Positions 60,901-64,000 of a stretch of DNA of 64,000 nt are shown here, in pieces (position 1 is the first letter of the stretch; each line of letters opens with the position of its first letter). The DNA lies in assembly GCA_934155625.1 (NCBI GenBank), contig CAKPHD010000002.1, forward strand, positions 57 to 64,056, given 5' to 3'. The stretch is from an uncultured Clostridia bacterium (GTDB lineage: Bacteria > Bacillota > Clostridia > TANB77 > CAG-508). The position numbers were made by a program, and so were the translations under genes. A model generated the notes under the pieces. The model saw only the letters and a list, made by a program, of their open reading frames with translations, did not search any database and had not been told where the DNA came from.

Positions 60901-61941
60901 GAATATACTGAAGGACAAACAGCAAAAGTTGATGATAATGGAGGAAACTTCAAACATGATTGGGCAGTATTTGATTTCGGTATAATTGAAAGACCAAGAG
61001 AAGATGTTGTAATTAATAAAACAATATCAAAAATAAAAGTAACATTAGGAAATGGTCAAGTATTAATTGAAGGAGATCCTAGAAAAGATAAATTGAACTA
61101 TGTTAAACCATTAGGTTTAGAAGAAAGAACTACAGCAAAATTTGCAGCAATAGATGCAACAAAAGCATTATCAATTGAAATGGATCAAGAATTAGTACAA
61201 GGTGCAACATTAGAAGTTTGGTATTCAATAACATTAACAAATAACAGCGAAAAAGATTATGAATATACGACAAACTCAAATTATTATAACTATGGTACAG
61301 ACAAACAAGGAAGTCCATTAGGATTAGCAGATTTAGTAGTAGATTATATGAGCTCATCAATGGTTTGCAACGTAGGAGATGACTTTAAAACAGAAAATGC
61401 TGAAGGAGTAAACAATAAAGATTGGTATAGATATGATAACGGAAATGCAACAGATGCAGAATACTTGAAGAATAATGGATATATATCATATAAATTAGAT
61501 GGTGAAACAGATAACAAGACATATGAAACACTTTTGGAAAATAAAGATCAAAGTATAATGACAAATACATTTGCAAATGTATTGCCAGGTGAGACAAAAA
61601 CAAGTGTTATATATGCAAGTAAGTTATTAGCAAATCAAGAAGAAAATCATTTATATGAAAACCATGTAGAAATAGTACAATTAAACAGTAAAACAGGTAG
61701 AACAATTAAAAACGTAGATGATTCAAGAACACAAGTTGCAAAAGAATATCAACCAGGTAATTATATACCAAACTTAAGTGCTATGGAACATCAACAAGAT
61801 GATGACAATGTAAGAATAACAATAACACCACCAACTGGTATAACAAATTATACAACAATATATATTATATCAGCAGTAGTAGGACTAATTGTTATCACAG
61901 GTGGAATAATCTTAATAAAGAAAAGATTTATTAAAAAATAA
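57988..61941 (+). CDS. Giant adhesin-like protein (1317 aa) with putative N-terminal thioester domain, SdrD-B-like repeats and a PPTG-type sorting signal
   Basis: Signal peptide. YCVAHE (Cys55, nt 58150-58152) and AAQIAVW (Gln139, nt 58402-58404) resemble the Cys and TQxA(I/V)W Gln motifs of thioester domains. GYVWEDIANS... and GIVYEDSQ... repeats. C-terminus ITPPTGITNYTTIYIISAVVGLIVITGGIILIKKRFIKK. Confidence 0.7.
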   Translation: MNTKKIKKIVGLVLITILISLIGNYNKVFAADNMSVGTVHRYNLTNLTNSNNMYCVAHEKVLYSYQDVDFTVKSYVEIKGNKIVSASKNPSNSGAADNSSNAIMAAMLGGALTQGHGSYKDAYGDYNNGVGIHKYNAAQIAVWGYWHTWINDVGKYYGLTTVTNNAFDNASVGNYTADNYNKYLAQAKAAAEKSEYHVKIYFLDSGATNWQNVIYVETFDNTPPDEPQPGQTEVTGYVNINGYVWEDIANSKSNTINSKYEEGDLRVEGIKVHWKASNGQEIATATTDSNGAYKLTTTIALYNHPYGIKDKTKYDQINNSYVEFEYNGLKYTTVAYNGNITNSDTSKGKENETSRTNLDNKFDKVENSAVYDGNTAIITGLPNTKISDANYTPELAVSASTMNITRDLMKAAENNNWTEKKEFCIDHCQVGEGPHKVKVVKTSGGSTIEVYCNGNIKINDVNNEYLGDIIKGIKEVMGDEINTAPGSESHYYSAGEIDGPTHRDCRQGAQEIYVWNINNMNLGLTRREQPDAAISSDIEKVRVIMKNQEYTYEYGNRGIQSNEELFDYKVKFGNKYTQIYTRPVNPADIAYVNYNNTDDLKVYVTYNIILKNQSNTLPMTINGIVNYYDSDYTIYTGQGSSTSDGWKQTDGNNNGFKVAYNTNSVTLQPESQSELIKLEFEVSQNKIKELQNEDTGFTFTNYTEIFSFTTFYGENTICAERETAAAKGKVNQQYAGLDQDSTPGNAVPGNESTYEDDTDRAPSFLLKKDANYKTMSGIVYEDSQTEESKKENERLGNGLKDGNEKGVENVRVELLNAETGETAYLYYKDANGANRKPAITYSDSNGNYSFGDGTTCGVVVDNYIVKYTYGNADKGTDGNGTTIGKTTIDGGKSFVNARNYKSTIVTDSNVKSVMTGESSSDKWHLTMNEGVDTSIAIDDLEERAKQEELKYSTYNNEYNMSAYSKKFAVQLEYTEGQTAKVDDNGGNFKHDWAVFDFGIIERPREDVVINKTISKIKVTLGNGQVLIEGDPRKDKLNYVKPLGLEERTTAKFAAIDATKALSIEMDQELVQGATLEVWYSITLTNNSEKDYEYTTNSNYYNYGTDKQGSPLGLADLVVDYMSSSMVCNVGDDFKTENAEGVNNKDWYRYDNGNATDAEYLKNNGYISYKLDGETDNKTYETLLENKDQSIMTNTFANVLPGETKTSVIYASKLLANQEENHLYENHVEIVQLNSKTGRTIKNVDDSRTQVAKEYQPGNYIPNLSAMEHQQDDDNVRITITPPTGITNYTTIYIISAVVGLIVITGGIILIKKRFIKK

Positions 61942-61951
61942 ATCAAAGAAT

Positions 61952-61988
61952 AAAAACTCACATAGATAAAACTATGTGAGTTTTTTTA
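61952..61988 (+). terminator. Terminator after the 1317-aa adhesin gene
   Basis: AAAACTCACATAG / CTATGTGAGTTTT stem followed by TTTTT. Confidence 0.65.
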
Positions 61989-62211
61989 TATAGTAAGAAA
62001 GCCTAGAATTCCCTAAGAAAAAGTGCAAAAAATGACATGATTTGTATCAAAAAAGTTACTAAAATGTAATAAAAATGTCATATTTCGCCAAAAATGAACT
62101 TCCGTAAAGTAATATATAATCAATACTTTTTTTAGAAAAAATAGATTATTGACTGAGATAAGAAAATAATTTATTATGTAGATATATAGCAAAAAATGGG
62201 AGGAAAGTATA

Positions 62212-64000
62212 ATGAAGAAAAAATTGTGTTGTATTTTTATGCTAATAGTTTTACTTTTAAATAGTTCTATTATGCTAGTAGCTTCTGAAGCGGTAGATGC
62301 TGTAAAAACTAATTTGCAAGAAGAACAAGATAAGACTGAAAAAGTAAAAACACTAGCAGAATTAAATTTAACTAAATATGTGAATTTTGATACCACTACA
62401 GAAAATAGTGATAATGGAAATAAAGGTGCGTTGGTACAATTTAACTTAAAGACTGGTATAGAATTTACAGATGGTGAAGAATATAAGCCTATAAAAAAGA
62501 CAACAACAAATATAGATTTACCATGGATTGGTGATTATAAGCCAGCAAGAGTTGAAGTTATAACAAAATCAACACAAGCAACTAATGGTGGGAAAAATGC
62601 TACATATGAATATCATTCAAGCACAGGGATTCTTCAAATAACAGCAGAAAACAACGATTATACTGAAAATGTTACTGATGCAAGAGATGAGTATGAAGTA
62701 ATATGTATATATAGAAAAGAATGTTATGCAGAAAATGAAGAAAGAAATTTTGATATTAGAGCAAATGTAGAAATAACACTTAATAATGAAGAAGAAAGTA
62801 AAGTTGTAAAAAGAGTTGAAGAAAACTATAATGTAACTGAAAATATTGGAGATGTAATTTCAACAGATTATCAAACAGATGATATTTATGATGGTTATAT
62901 AGCAGCAAATACTTTAAATCCAGAAAATCAGTATGAGACAACATATAATGAAAAATTAAAAATAATGGTAAGTAATAAAGAATTAGTACAAAAAATTGAA
63001 GTAAAGGAAAATTCAGATATATCATTATATGTAGAATCTACAATTGACAAAAACCAAGTACTAGATATAATTGGAGAAAACGGAAGTATTGATATATTAG
63101 ATGAAGAAGGAAATGTTTTAAAAAATATAAATAAAGATAGTGAAACAGATGAAAATGGTAAAATAAAAATAACTTATACTAATAAAGAAAAATATTTATA
63201 CATTAGATTATCTAATATTAGTAAAGAAGGAATTATTGAAATTGATAATGTTAGAGCAATCAGCCCAGATGCTAATATAGTAGATAATAAAGTTGATACA
63301 TCAGTATCAATAAAAGGTATAAATACAATTGAGGAAAATGATATAGTAAAATATGAGCAAGATAAGCAAAATGTTGTAGAAATAAAAAAGGCTATTTCAG
63401 AAATAGATACCAAATTAGATAATGAGAATTGGGTTAATAATACAAAAAATAAAGTTATATTAACAGCAACATTAAATACAAGTAGCTCAAAATATAGTTT
63501 ATTTAAAAATCCTGTATTACAAATAGAAATGCCAGAAGAAGTACAAAAGGTAACACTAGGTAGTGCAGAGGTGATGTATGATAATCAAATATTTAAGATT
63601 GCATCAACAAATGTTAGTACAAATAATAATGGAAATAAAGTTGTAAGTATTCAGTTACAAGGAACTCAGACATATTATGAAAATTCTTCTATGGTAGAAG
63701 GAGCTAATATAAGAATACCATTAACAATAACATTAAGTAAAAATTTAGAGAGCAAAGTGGCAAAGATAAAGACAACTTACTCAAATGAAATGACTAATAC
63801 AATAGAAGAAAGAGAACAAGAAATAACACTTATTAATAAAGTTGTAAATACAGTTGTACCAAGTGTGCAAGAATCTACAAATAACTCAGCAGAAGGACAA
63901 AAAGAAACAGTATACACAAGTGATGGAATAAATGTAGAAATTATAGAAGAAGTAGGAAATTCTACAATTAATAACAATGGTGTTGTATATGAAAAACAAA
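62212..64000 (+). CDS. Third giant surface protein, 5' part (runs off the right edge); paralogue of 53201-57982
   Basis: GGGAGGAAAG RBS, signal peptide MKKKLCCIFMLIVLLLNSSIMLVASEA. The frame stays open to the window end. NPVLQIEMPEEVQKVTLG...IPLTITLSKNLESKVAKIKTTYSNE parallels NPTIKIQLPASVENVKING...LDITLSKLAASKKDKITMTYTNE. Confidence 0.7.
   Translation, partial: MKKKLCCIFMLIVLLLNSSIMLVASEAVDAVKTNLQEEQDKTEKVKTLAELNLTKYVNFDTTTENSDNGNKGALVQFNLKTGIEFTDGEEYKPIKKTTTNIDLPWIGDYKPARVEVITKSTQATNGGKNATYEYHSSTGILQITAENNDYTENVTDARDEYEVICIYRKECYAENEERNFDIRANVEITLNNEEESKVVKRVEENYNVTENIGDVISTDYQTDDIYDGYIAANTLNPENQYETTYNEKLKIMVSNKELVQKIEVKENSDISLYVESTIDKNQVLDIIGENGSIDILDEEGNVLKNINKDSETDENGKIKITYTNKEKYLYIRLSNISKEGIIEIDNVRAISPDANIVDNKVDTSVSIKGINTIEENDIVKYEQDKQNVVEIKKAISEIDTKLDNENWVNNTKNKVILTATLNTSSSKYSLFKNPVLQIEMPEEVQKVTLGSAEVMYDNQIFKIASTNVSTNNNGNKVVSIQLQGTQTYYENSSMVEGANIRIPLTITLSKNLESKVAKIKTTYSNEMTNTIEEREQEITLINKVVNTVVPSVQESTNNSAEGQKETVYTSDGINVEIIEEVGNSTINNNGVVYEKQ

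Noticed and set aside
62013-62396. 127-aa minus-strand ORF downstream of the adhesin genes.
   Set aside because: It overlaps the RBS, signal peptide and 5' end of the much longer plus-strand surface-protein gene starting at 62212.

Overview
This window is the replication-origin region of a very AT-rich Firmicutes (Clostridia-type) chromosome. All calls come from reading the sequence and recognising motifs; no searches were run.

The housekeeping backbone is clear:
- Left of oriC, on the minus strand: murA 3' end, an MBL hydrolase, spmB-spmA, abrB, rsmI, a gerM-like gene, two tRNA-Ser, then parB-soj-rsmG-mnmG-mnmE-jag-yidC-yidD-rnpA-rpmH.
- oriC is bipartite, with DnaA-box clusters on both sides of dnaA and a DnaA-trio/AT-rich unwinding element in front of dnaN.
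- Right of oriC, on the plus strand: dnaA-dnaN-recF-gyrB ... gyrA.
- Gene orientation switches at about 29 kb, as expected for an origin.

Three blocks of type IV secretion (T4SS, conjugation-like) genes are embedded in this core:
- Island A (about 4.9-19.5 kb) sits next to the tRNA-Ser pair. It has VirB2-like pilins, VirB3-like, split VirB4, VirB6-like and a three-domain cell-wall hydrolase, but no coupling protein.
- Module B (35.6-40.5 kb) is inserted between gyrB and gyrA. It has a second split VirB4, an XRE regulator and small ORFs.
- Module C (45.4-49.3 kb) runs head-on to replication. It has a VirD4-type coupling ATPase plus VirB2-, VirB6- and VirB3-like genes.
- No relaxase, integrase or transposase is recognisable anywhere in the window.

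A roughly 130-nt long-hairpin repeat occurs four times (28.8, 36.2, 45.4 and 49.2 kb; the last copy is inverted). The copies sit inside oriC and at the edges of modules B and C. This repeat, together with the dispersed and mutually complementary T4SS sets, is the most unusual content.

Other notable points:
- Some module B/C genes apparently start with ATA or ATT.
- Strand-polarised A-rich simple sequence occurs both in spacers and inside a VirB4 gene.
- One pilin gene is frameshifted.
- A 186-bp direct repeat lies within island A.
- At the right end there is a VanW/G5 protein followed by three giant surface proteins. One has a putative thioester-domain motif and a PPTG-type sorting signal.

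The window also contains a DnaD/DnaB-like plus DnaI/DnaC-like pair, tRNA-Lys/Glu/Thr, an SDR reductase and a DUF1858-like protein.
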